64,000 nucleotides of DNA from positions 47,061 through 111,060 of the forward strand of contig JAKATX010000001.1 in assembly GCA_021818545.1 (NCBI GenBank), in the 5' to 3' direction. The translations under genes and the position numbers were made by a program. Shown here piece after piece: positions 1-10,000 of this stretch (its first letter is position 1; each line of letters begins with the position of its first letter). Below the pieces are notes generated by a model, which was given only the letters and a program-made list of their open reading frames with translations, was not told the origin of the DNA and did no database searches. This stretch comes from Candidatus Micrarchaeota archaeon. Lineage in GTDB: Archaea > Micrarchaeota > Micrarchaeia > Micrarchaeales > Micrarchaeaceae.

Positions 1-1
1 A

Positions 2-532
2 TCATCTGTAGGACTTCTGGAACCTGGCCCTGGCCTTTGGTCCCTTGAACTTCTTTGGCTCGACCCTTCTCGTGTCGTCCACAAGCATGAACCTGTCGTA
101 TCTCAGGTACTCTTTCCTTATGGAATCTGTATCCGCGAAAGCCACCATGGCCTTGGCTATTGCGCCACGTGCAGCCTGGACCTGCGAACTAGCACCGCCG
201 CCGTTGACATTCACGTCTATTGATAACCTGGATGCAAGTTCCCTGGTTATGCTAGAAACATTTATCGGCTCGAGTATTGCGCTCCTGAACTCCTTGGGCT
301 CTATCGTGTTTACGTTCATCCTGTTTATCCTTATTACGCCATTGCCTGCCTTGACTGACGCACGCGCGACCGCTTCCTTCCTCTTGCTCTTAAGCACTAT
401 CACCTTACTGTGCTTCTTTGTTGATTTCTTGGCCCGTGAGGCGCGCAGCCTCTTGGACGCAGTAGGCTGAGCCTCTGCCGGAGGTTGTGGCGCCGGTTGG
501 GGCGCTGGTTCCTGCACTTTTTCTTCTGTCAT
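2..532 (-). CDS. rps9: 30S ribosomal protein uS9, with a ~45-aa Pro/Ala/Gln- and Lys-rich N-terminal extension
   Basis: Core VIRINRMNV...EPKEFRSAILEPI and the canonical C-terminal ...ARFQKSYR. It sits in the conserved rpoD-L18e-L13-S9 gene order. Stop codon is at 2-4. Confidence 0.9.
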   Translation of the reverse strand: MTEEKVQEPAPQPAPQPPAEAQPTASKRLRASRAKKSTKKHSKVIVLKSKRKEAVARASVKAGNGVIRINRMNVNTIEPKEFRSAILEPINVSSITRELASRLSIDVNVNGGGASSQVQAARGAIAKAMVAFADTDSIRKEYLRYDRFMLVDDTRRVEPKKFKGPKARARFQKSYR

Positions 533-554
533 CGTAAAACCCTTGTGAACATCA

Positions 555-1019
555 TTACTCGTTGTCGCCGTAGCCCAGAAGCCTGGACAACTCCGCTATG
601 GTTATGTGGTTAACGTACATCTTGTTAGGATCCTTGCTTTCAATCTTGGCAATCTTTGCATCCTTGAATGCGGGCGGAACGCCGAGGAAGACGCGAAGCT
701 TCCTGTATGCGGTCTTGCCCCTTGGCCGGTTGTATGGCAGCATGCCCCTTATGATCCTCTTGACAAGCATGTCGGACCTCCTTGGCCAGTAGGGGGAATG
801 TTCTGGATTCTCCTTCTCCATCAGCCTGAGCCTTGTCTTGTATTTTGCCAATATTACCTTCTTGTTGCCGCTTATCACTGCCTTCTCTGCGTTTATCACT
901 GCTACGTTCTTGCCGGACAGCAGGTTTTTCGCGACTACGCTGGAGAGCCTGCCCAGTATTTTGTTCTCCGCATCGAAGACTTCGAATTCATTAAGGTTTA
1001 TCTCTGCCATGCTAAGCAT
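555..1019 (-). CDS. rpl13: 50S ribosomal protein uL13
   Basis: VFDAENKILGRLSSVVAKNLLSGKNVAVINAEKAVISG...RIIRGMLP matches the uL13 pattern. Operon context also fits. Confidence 0.9.
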   Translation of the reverse strand: MLSMAEINLNEFEVFDAENKILGRLSSVVAKNLLSGKNVAVINAEKAVISGNKKVILAKYKTRLRLMEKENPEHSPYWPRRSDMLVKRIIRGMLPYNRPRGKTAYRKLRVFLGVPPAFKDAKIAKIESKDPNKMYVNHITIAELSRLLGYGDNE

Positions 1020-1020
1020 C

Positions 1021-1371
1021 TCATATTATAAGATTTATCTTATTCATCTTCACCATGTCCTTTATTTCCACTATGTTGCACTTGGCATCCATTAGGGCGC
1101 TGCGTGCCGCGATTGAGTATGATATGGCTGATATGTTGACTTTATGGTCCATTGAGCCCACAGAAAGCACCTTTCCAGGCACTATCACGTTGTCGCCGTC
1201 CTTGGTCAGCTTGTTTATCTTGTAAAGGTTGACAGTAGAGCGTATCCTTGATGGTATGGCGACTTCGTAATGCACCTTCTTCCAAAGACCTGCATAATGC
1301 TTCTCCTTAGCCGCTAGGCTCAACACATCCAGCCATTCCTTGACATCCCTGTTTTCAACGTTCAGTTTCAT
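1021..1371 (-). CDS. rpl18e: 50S ribosomal protein eL18 (L18e)
   Basis: 116 aa, with ...VNLYKINKLTKDGDNVIVPGKVLSVG... typical of archaeal L18e. It lies between rpoD/tRNA-Leu and L13. Confidence 0.85.
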   Translation of the reverse strand: MKLNVENRDVKEWLDVLSLAAKEKHYAGLWKKVHYEVAIPSRIRSTVNLYKINKLTKDGDNVIVPGKVLSVGSMDHKVNISAISYSIAARSALMDAKCNIVEIKDMVKMNKINLII

Positions 1372-1382
1372 TCAATCACCAA

Positions 1383-1469
1383 TGCAGGGGGTGAGATTTG
1401 AACTCACGCAAGCTCTAAAGCTACTGACCCCTCAAGCCAGCGCATTTGGCCAAGCTCTGCCACCCCTGC
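1383..1469 (-). tRNA. tRNA-Leu (anticodon GAG), 87 nt, long variable arm, no encoded CCA
   Basis: The reverse complement folds by hand. Acceptor GCAGGGG/CCCCTGC plus discriminator A. Anticodon stem CTGGC/GTCAG with loop TTGAGGG. Long variable arm. T-arm GTGAG-TTCAAAT-CTCAC. Confidence 0.85.
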
Positions 1470-1476
1470 ACAATTA

Positions 1477-2052
1477 TCAAAGCTTTTTGACTTCATTGCC
1501 TACCTCTTTTATTTCCCCTCTTATTGCGTCGAAAGCCTTATTAATTATTTCTCTGGGTGGCATTTGACCAAATGATTCAACATAAACCTCATATGAGCCG
1601 TCTTTTGCATCGTTGTAAGTCACCAGACCAGGCTGGAACTTTGCATGCCTCAGACCAACGCCCATAACGGCCTTGCCTTCCAGGCGTATCCTCTGGTCGG
1701 CTGCGAGCTTTATCAGCGGTATGTTCCCGTTTGCGACCTTGACCTCTTTGTCCGCGCTTTCCAGCTCCTTGGAGTACACAGTCTTAGGACCCGAAACTTC
1801 TAGGGTGAACAGTATCTCATCCTCGTTGTTGTAGCCTTTTAGCGGCGTATGGATCGGAACAAGACCTATCCTGTGCGCGATATATTCATCGAACATGGCG
1901 CCGGTATTTTCATAGAATGTGACCTTGTCTATGGCGAATGTCTTTACGTTATTTATTGCCATGCGCCTTAGCGTATTCACGTACCAGTTACTGGCTCCGG
2001 TAAGCTTAAACCTGAAGACCTTGTCCGTATTTTCAACAACCTCTATTTTCAT
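1477..2052 (-). CDS. rpoD: DNA-directed RNA polymerase subunit D (Rpo3), short form
   Basis: N-terminal MKIEVVENTDKVFRFKLTGASNWYVNTLRRMAINNVKTFAIDKVTFYENTGAMFDEYIAHRIGLVPI matches Rpo3/RpoD. Operon context fits. Confidence 0.85.
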   Translation of the reverse strand: MKIEVVENTDKVFRFKLTGASNWYVNTLRRMAINNVKTFAIDKVTFYENTGAMFDEYIAHRIGLVPIHTPLKGYNNEDEILFTLEVSGPKTVYSKELESADKEVKVANGNIPLIKLAADQRIRLEGKAVMGVGLRHAKFQPGLVTYNDAKDGSYEVYVESFGQMPPREIINKAFDAIRGEIKEVGNEVKKL

Positions 2053-2208
2053 GCATTCACTTCATCAAGCACAATACTCTGGGCGACAGCTTAGATATTT
2101 ATTATTAATTCGCCATAATATCTTAGTCGCAACAGTAATAGCCTTACTTTATGGCAGAAATATGCGAGCCAAGTATTATGTGACGGCAACATTTAAATAG
2201 ATATTTAT

Positions 2209-2853
2209 ATGGGTGTAAAAGTGAGCTTCGAATTGGCGCTTAGCGCAGACATGAAGAAACCGGAATTCAATTCAAAGGCATACGTACTCACATTCAAGAA
2301 CTTCCTGGCAGTTACCAGAAACAACATATCCAGGGAGAAGGTTGACAGGTATGGTGCGGCAGTTTACAACAAGCAGAATGAGTGCCACATGACGTTATAC
2401 AAAAGCGAACTTGCAGTAAGGTATATAGCGCAGACAGATATAACGGATGAGTTGCTAATCAGCCTTTACGAGGTAAGCACAATGTCACTTTGCGTGGCAA
2501 GATTCTCCGCTTGGGATATGAAACTAAGCGCCACATTGGATAAGTTCATGGCCCAGTTCAAGAACCCGAAAGAGAGGAATTTTGAAGCACGCATTATAGG
2601 ATTGCAAAACGGCCAGAGATATGATACTCTGCATGACGTATTGCGCTTCGTTGCATCTAAGAAGCTCCCACTGGTTGAAGTCGACCTTTTTGGTAGCAAC
2701 ATGAGGCACATTGCCTTCGATGCTAAGACAGGGATGAGTTATAACATGCTGCTTGAGAACAGGCTCTACAGGCCTGGGGAGCTTGCAAACAAGGCATTGA
2801 TACAAGTGCAACAACCGGCGCCTCAGCAGCAACAAGCAGGGGCGGCGCAGTGA
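2209..2853 (+). CDS. Hypothetical protein with a Gln/Pro-rich C-terminus
   Basis: Long clean ORF with a TTTAAATA box just upstream. I recognise no family motif, and the exact start is uncertain. Confidence 0.45.
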   Translation: MGVKVSFELALSADMKKPEFNSKAYVLTFKNFLAVTRNNISREKVDRYGAAVYNKQNECHMTLYKSELAVRYIAQTDITDELLISLYEVSTMSLCVARFSAWDMKLSATLDKFMAQFKNPKERNFEARIIGLQNGQRYDTLHDVLRFVASKKLPLVEVDLFGSNMRHIAFDAKTGMSYNMLLENRLYRPGELANKALIQVQQPAPQQQQAGAAQ

Positions 2854-3018
2854 ACGGAGAACGTGCCATAGGAAGTTTGGATAGGTACACCAAGTCAAAA
2901 GACATAAGACTACTTATTATAGACCAGGTGGGCCATTCCATGAGCATGTCTTGATCAGATAAATACGCGGCCAATTACATGCATGGATTTATATTCGGGT
3001 TAAAGAAACGTCTGCATT

Positions 3019-3471
3019 GTGCAACAATTCTGGGTAGCACAGATTGACCATGACTATAAGGCTACAAGCGGAACTGGCAGCGTAAAACGTACTATAAGGA
3101 GATTAGTTAAACAAGGCGGCGCATATGATGAGATTGTATTCAACAAGTTTGATTCAATAAGGCGTTTTACGAGCGGTATGATGGCTCTTATGAAGCATAG
3201 GAAGCATGCGAGCGGCACGGTCGCAGTTGCAAACGGCACAGTAGCAGTAAGGAAGCACGTGGCAACTGGCATAACAATTCGAAATTACGAATTCAGTATA
3301 GAGATAGGGAGGAGCGTAGTCGTAAAGCCAGACGGGAAATGGGCTCAGATATGTATAATTGCGACGAATATGCTGATGCAGAATTGCTTAATACGCAATA
3401 TTGATTCATCGTGTAGAAACTCCGTGGATGCCACGCCTATAATGGTCAATTGGATAAATCTGAAGAATTAA
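3019..3471 (+). CDS. Hypothetical protein (weakly supported ORF, GTG start)
   Basis: Only an ORF, with no recognisable motif. It overlaps the 3' end of the convergent ligT-like gene by 26 nt. Confidence 0.2.
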   Translation: MQQFWVAQIDHDYKATSGTGSVKRTIRRLVKQGGAYDEIVFNKFDSIRRFTSGMMALMKHRKHASGTVAVANGTVAVRKHVATGITIRNYEFSIEIGRSVVVKPDGKWAQICIIATNMLMQNCLIRNIDSSCRNSVDATPIMVNWINLKN

Positions 3472-4039
3472 ATGTGCGCAAATCAGTATAGACTGGACCG
3501 AAATTAGTAAGCACACTTCTTTTCAGGACGAAAGAACTTACATGCACTGTGCCGATGTTAATCTCTTTATTTTCCTCTAGGAATGCACTGACTTTATGCA
3601 CTGCACTTTCATCCGGATGCCTGAGCCTTGCTACGGTCAAATGTGGCGAAAACTTCTCTGTGCCAATAGGAAGCAAAGCGTCACCAAAGACCGAAATTCT
3701 TTCTGTGATGTCCAAGTGCAGCCTTTCCAGCATTTCGCTGCCGTTTTCTACCTTCGCGAAAATGACTCTTGGATCATTTACGGAGAATGTGCTAAACCCT
3801 TGTATTGTTATATCAAAGCCGATAAATTTGATTTGATGTAGGGCGGACGTGAGCGATTGGATTGCATCGGGTTTTATGCTACCCAAGAAAAGCAGCGTTA
3901 TGTGCATGTTCTGTAGTAAAACAGGGCTTATGCCACTACTATTCAAGGGCCTTGAAGCAGCAGCTATCTTCTCTTTTATATGCTCGGGCAGGTCTATGGC
4001 GATGAAAAGGCGCTGAGAGCCATTCAGTTGACGTCCCAT
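3446..4039 (-). CDS. thpR: RNA 2',3'-cyclic phosphodiesterase / 2'-5' RNA ligase family (2H phosphoesterase)
   Basis: Two HxT/S motifs at the expected spacing (NMHITLLFLG and SPHLTVARL). Length is ~190 aa. Confidence 0.8.
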   Translation of the reverse strand: MGRQLNGSQRLFIAIDLPEHIKEKIAAASRPLNSSGISPVLLQNMHITLLFLGSIKPDAIQSLTSALHQIKFIGFDITIQGFSTFSVNDPRVIFAKVENGSEMLERLHLDITERISVFGDALLPIGTEKFSPHLTVARLRHPDESAVHKVSAFLEENKEINIGTVHVSSFVLKRSVLTNFGPVYTDLRTFNSSDLSN

Positions 4040-4071
4040 AGTGTGGTTTCAGTGCATAATGTATTTAGGAG

Positions 4072-7000
4072 CTACAGCCGGTCTAACAGGGCTTTTATGT
4101 GCTTTAGTATTATTCGCTCCTCCTTTTTCAGCAATGGATGGGAGTTCTCCTTCTTGCTTTTTGCCCAGAGCACGACGCCTATGTCATCATGCAACTTCAG
4201 TATGCTGCCCTGCGTGCTTTCCGGATCAACAAGGAATATGCGGACCTTCTTTTTCCTGGCGAATTTAAGTGCGGCATTTATTTTGGAATCCTCGAGTGCG
4301 GAATCAGAAATTGCGACAACCCCTTCTGCGTTATTCCTCGATATGGCGTATCTCACTTTGCCCACACCAGAAAGTGACCATCCGTTTGACAAGCCCCACA
4401 AGAAGCGGCCGACCACATCCGCCTTCCTTCTAGTATGCAAGATAACCAGTGAAGGCGGCGTCAAGGCCACGGCCAGTATTATGAGTATTAGGTAGTCTTC
4501 TATTGCGTCAAGCAGCCTTGACGAATCTGAGAATATCAGCCCAAGAACAGAAACGCCTACATTTTGAGGGAGTATTTTGTATGAGTAGCTGATTGAATTC
4601 GCGGTATAGTTCGCGTTTCCTGCAGTGCTGAATACATAGGTATAGTTTCCGACTGTCTGTTGAGTCGAACTTATTTGATAGAAAGTGCTGCCCACGGAGC
4701 CATTGTTAACTGACAGTGTAGCGTTAAGCTGATTGCCACCTGTTAGGATTTCGGCTTTGGTCACACATGCGGTGCCGTTATAGGGATAATTACTGCACTC
4801 TTTTATAAACTCAAGCTTGGGCACCAGCTTGGCTCTAGATACGTATATTGTAGAATAGCTGCCTGACACTTCATCCTTTCCTATTATAGTATAATTGCCT
4901 GGCAGCAGCCTTGTGATGTTGTACTCTGCGATGCCAATGCCGGTTGACAGAATCGTATTTCCATGGATTAGTTCGACTGTATTGTTGTGGTTTGAGCTAA
5001 TTGCTGTTATGGTGCCGTTCTGTGCAGTAAGAGCGATTGTAGTATTCGCTGCAACGGGAACAGTAATGGCAGGTTCACAAACTTCCAAGGAAATCGTATG
5101 CAGGGCAGGCACATAAGTGATGTTGGTCAGCCTCAATATAAAGTTAGAATCATTTATACGACCTATTGTAACATTGGCATTCAGATACGTGTTAATCGTG
5201 GTATTGCCGTTTATTATCTCTGTTGAGTAATTTGTGCTTATTACTGACTGATAGATGAAGAAAGATCGCGAAAGACCAGGGAAGTATATAGTAACGTGAT
5301 TGAATGTGGCAAAGTCGCTCACTGTATAACATAGTGGACCGCTTGCGGCAACCGTAGGGCCGCTAGGACCGCTTGATCCTTGGCTCGTCGTCGAAGACGT
5401 GGTGCTGCCGCCGCCTCCTCCCCCTCCGCCGCCTGATGATGGGGCTAATGGAGGTATTACTTTGACTTTTGTGGTTGACATGTTGAATGTATAGGGCGGC
5501 GATGTACCTGAATCCGTAATCGCAGTTACCAAAGTGATAGAACCTCCAGTATTGAAAGTAAGGTCAAAATTGTGTGAGCCGCCCCCTACTGGTATTGTGG
5601 CGGACGCTATAACTGTTGGATCAAGCTGGTATATGTCGACCGTGAATGGGCCTATGCCGCTGTTAGCACCTATAGATACGTTTAGTGAGACTTTTGAGCC
5701 TTGGGCTACGGTTATGTTTACTGTTGAATTCTTTGTTGCATTGATACTGCTTGTTTCGTTTATGACGTCCATTGACGCAGTGAAACTGTAGACGCGCACA
5801 TGGTTGGAAGGCTGTGAAATTGCGCTTTCTGGGAAAGAGGCCCCGTCCGTCACATTTAATTCAAAAATGTAGTTGCCTGTTGTGGTTAAGGAGTTTGTAA
5901 GGAACTGACAGAAGATGGTGTTGCCGGAGTTTTGGTTGTAGCCGCTAGGAGTTTGGCACAATACGGAATTAGCCGCAGTGAAGCTATCTGTATTTGGCGC
6001 TTCGACGAGCCAATTATAACTGAATGGGGGTGACCCGGTAGAGGGCATTGTGCCTATTATTGTGGAGAGAGCGCCTTGATCAATTGTTGTGTTGTCAATA
6101 GTTGGCGCGCTAGGTGGAGTAAGCTTTGAGTTAACTTTTATGGTGTTTGAGTTTAGTGATGATAGAGTCTCAGACGTGGACGCAGAATCAACTATCTGAA
6201 GCTTCAGATTATATGAGTCTCCTGCAGTAAGGGTGTTGCCGGATATGCTGCATGTCACGGTGTTGCCTGAGTTTTGGTTGGAGCCGGTGTTAGCGGTACA
6301 TTGTGTGGCAGTCGAATACGTGCCGCCGTTGGCGGATACCAACCACGTGTACGAATACGGAGGTGTGCCAGTCGACGGCATCGTTCCTGTGACTGATTCT
6401 GCCTGATTAACGTCCAGTATTGGAGCTGATGGCAACGGGACCGAAGGTGCGGAGAGTTTCGACGCGACAGTTATTGTCTGCGACCCTGGCGAAGAGGCCG
6501 TTTCCTGAGTGGACGCGGAATCCGAGACCTGCAGTTCAAAGTTGTACGTACTGCCTGATGACAGAGTGTTGCCGGATATGCTGCATGTCACGGTGTTGCC
6601 TGAGTTTTGGTTGGAGCCGGTGTTAGCGGTACATTGTGTGGCACTGACATAATTGCCGCTGTTAACCGATACCAGCCATGAGTAAGAGTATGGCGATGTC
6701 CCTGTCGATGGTATCAATGCAGTGACTGATTCTGGCTGGTCGGCGTCTAGTTTAGACGCGAATATTGTAGGCGCAGATGGGGCGGTGAGCTGCGATGACA
6801 CGCTAATAGAATTAGATGCAGGTGAAATCACGCTCTCTGAGATCGTGGCAGAATCCGAGACCTGCAGTTCAAAGTTGTACGTACTGCCTGATGACAGAGT
6901 GTTGCCGGATATGCTGCATGTCACGGTGTTGCCTGAGTTTTGGTTGGAGCCGGTGTTAGCGGTACATTGTGTGGCAGTCGAATACGTGCCGCCGTTGGCG

Positions 7001-10000
7001 GATACCAACCACGTGTACGAATACGGAGGTGTGCCAGTCGACGGCATCGTTCCTGTGACTGATTCTGCCTGATTAACGTCCAGTATTGGAGCTGATGGCA
7101 ACGGGACCGAAGGTGCGGAGAGTTTCGACGCGACAGTTATTGTCTGCGACCCTGGCGAAGAGGCCGTTTCCTGAGTGGACGCGGAATCCGAGACCTGCAG
7201 TTCAAAGTTGTACGTACTGCCTGATGACAGAGTGTTGCCGGATATGCTGCATGTCACGGTGTTGCCTGAGTTTTGGTTGGAGCCGGTGTTAGCGGTACAT
7301 TGTGTGGCACTGACATAATTGCCGCTGTTAACCGATACCAGCCATGAGTAAGAGTATGGCGATGTCCCTGTCGATGGTATCAATGCAGTGACTGATTCTG
7401 GCTGGTCGGCGTCTAGTTTAGACGCGAATATTGTAGGCGCAGATGGGGCGGTTATTGCTTTGTTTAGCACTACCCCATCGGATGATGAAGTTGTAATCGA
7501 AGGCGTTGTTGCGCTGTCATTCACCTGAAGTTTGAATAGATAGTTACCAGTCGCAGTATTTGCCGTGGTGGCAAATGCGCATGTTATTGCGTTTCCGGAG
7601 TTTTGGTTGGAGCCCGTTGAATTGCTGCACTCTGGAGCAGTCACGAACACTCCGCCATTAAACGATGAAAGCCATATATACGAATAGGGTGGTGTGCCAG
7701 TCGACGGCATATTCGCAGTTATCGTTGCCGTCTGGCCCTGATCCAGCTTTGGATTTGTGATGATTGGGGTTGATGGTGCAGTAAATGCAGCATTTAGCGT
7801 TATGGCATTTGAGCCTGAAGATACTGTGACCGGCACAGTGGCGGAATCTGTTACATTCAATTTGAACGTATAATTGCCTATGGCTGTGAGCCCGTTTGTA
7901 ACGAACGAGCATATCACTGTGTTGCCTGAAGGCGTGTTTGAGCCGCTAGGCTTTGTACATATTGTAGAATTCGATTGTATGAAGTTGCCATTTGAAGTAG
8001 GAGTTTCAACAAGCCATATATATGAATAAGGTGGTGTGCCAGTCGACGGAATTGCAGTGAATATTGTTGCGGTCTGGCCCTGGTCAGCCTTCTCATTCAA
8101 CTCCAACGGCTTGCTTGGCGAGACCAATCCGCTATTGATATTTATTGTATCAACGACTGAAGTCAGTTTTACTGCGTTAGTTGCCGAATCAGTGACATTA
8201 AGTATTGCATTATACGACCCGCTACCTAGCGAATTCACTGCAAATACCACATTATTTGAAGTGGTAGAACTCCTGAATAAGGAGTTGTAAACTACTGCAC
8301 TGCCATTAGATATGGTAAGGTTGAATGTATATGGCGGGGTGCCGCCGGACCAATTTCCAGCTAGAGTAGCTTTTTGGCCTATGTCGTAGGATGGCGAGTT
8401 CGGAGTCAATGCGAGGTTGGACATTGTATTGCTTATTTCAACGACGTGTGTTGATGAAGCTAGCTTAACAGTAGTCGTTGCAGAGTCATTCACATGTAGT
8501 ATAGCATTGAATGAGCCTGCCCCGAGCGCATTGGAGGAGAATGTTATGGAATTTGATGCTACAGTACCTATGTAGATGGAATTGTAAACGATAGTATTAC
8601 CATCACTTATAGTCCAATTTACTGTATAAGGGGCCGTACCTCCGGACCAATTTCCAGCTAGAGTAGCTTTTTGGCCTATGTCGTAGGCTGGCGAGTTCGG
8701 CGTTATTGATGGTTCCGCCAGTGCGGGGTTTACGAGTATGGAATTTTGTGCTGAAATAAAGACAAAATGAACTGATGTTCCTGTGTCCGTAGCAGTAGCA
8801 TTATAAGTGAATGTATTGCTAGATGCGGGGGAATTCACGGTAAATGATATTGTATTGCTTCCCCCTGGCGATTGAATAGTTAGATTTGATCCTTGCTTCT
8901 TTGATCCGGATACATTATATAGTTCAATGTTGAATGGACCAGTGCCCCCTGTTTCTTTTATTGTATAAGTTTCTATTTGACCTGAATCAAGCGTTATATT
9001 GGATGGTGAAATTGAAAGCGATGGAGCATTACTAACTATGGCAAGAGTGTTGCCGGACGTCAATGTCACAGGGGAATTGGCAGCGCTGTCGGTTACCGTG
9101 TAGCAGAATAAGGTGTTTGATGTCGGGGAGTTTGTGACCGTGACGGAGTTGCCCGATGTAACTAAGGTGTTTGAGGAACCGCATGAGGAGCCTGTTGATG
9201 AGTACCATTGGTATGTATATGGAGTTGTGCCGCCGGATGGATTCGCGGTAAGCGTGATCGACTGGCCAGTATCCATTATGAAGTTTGATGGTGTGGGGCT
9301 GCCTGCGGATAATGATGGATTGACAGTCACTAATGTGTTTCCTGATGTCAATGTCACAGGGGAATTGGCAGCGCTGTCGGTTACCGTGTAGCAGAACATC
9401 GTATTTATGGTTGGGGAGTTTGTGATCGTTACTGCGTTTCCGGACGTGGCCATTATGTTTGAGGAACTGCATGAATGGCTAGTAGAGTAGTACCACTGAT
9501 ATGAGTATGGTGGGGTGCCGCCGGATATGTTTGCAGTAAGCGTGATCGACTGGCCAGTATCTATTGAGGGGTTAAGCGGCGTTGGGCTGCCTGCGGATAG
9601 CACAGGGTTGACCTTTACTATGGTATTGCCTGAAGTTAGAGTTGGGGGGTTTGCGGATGAATCTGACACTGTGTAGCAGAATAAGGTGTTTGATGTCGGG
9701 GAGTTTGTGACCGTGACGGAGTTGCCCGATGCGACTGCAGTGCCCGATGAGCTGCATGAGGAGCCCGTCGATGAGTACCATTTGTATGTGTATGGGGTTG
9801 TGCCGCCGGATATGTGAGCAGCTAATGTTATGTATTGACCGCTGTCTATTGAAGGGTTAAGCGGCGTTGGGCTGCCTGCGGATAATGATGGATTGACAGT
9901 CACTAATGTGTTTCCTGATGTCAATGTCACAGGGGAATTGGCAGCGCTGTCGGTTACCGTGTAGCAGAACATCGTATTTATGATCGGGGAGTTTGTGACC

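Noticed and set aside
2209-2853. A faint CheD-like pattern (...VEVDLFGSNMRHIAFDAKTGMSY...) in the hypothetical protein.
   Set aside because: The catalytic Cys/His context of CheD is not evident and there is no chemotaxis gene context. I left it as hypothetical.
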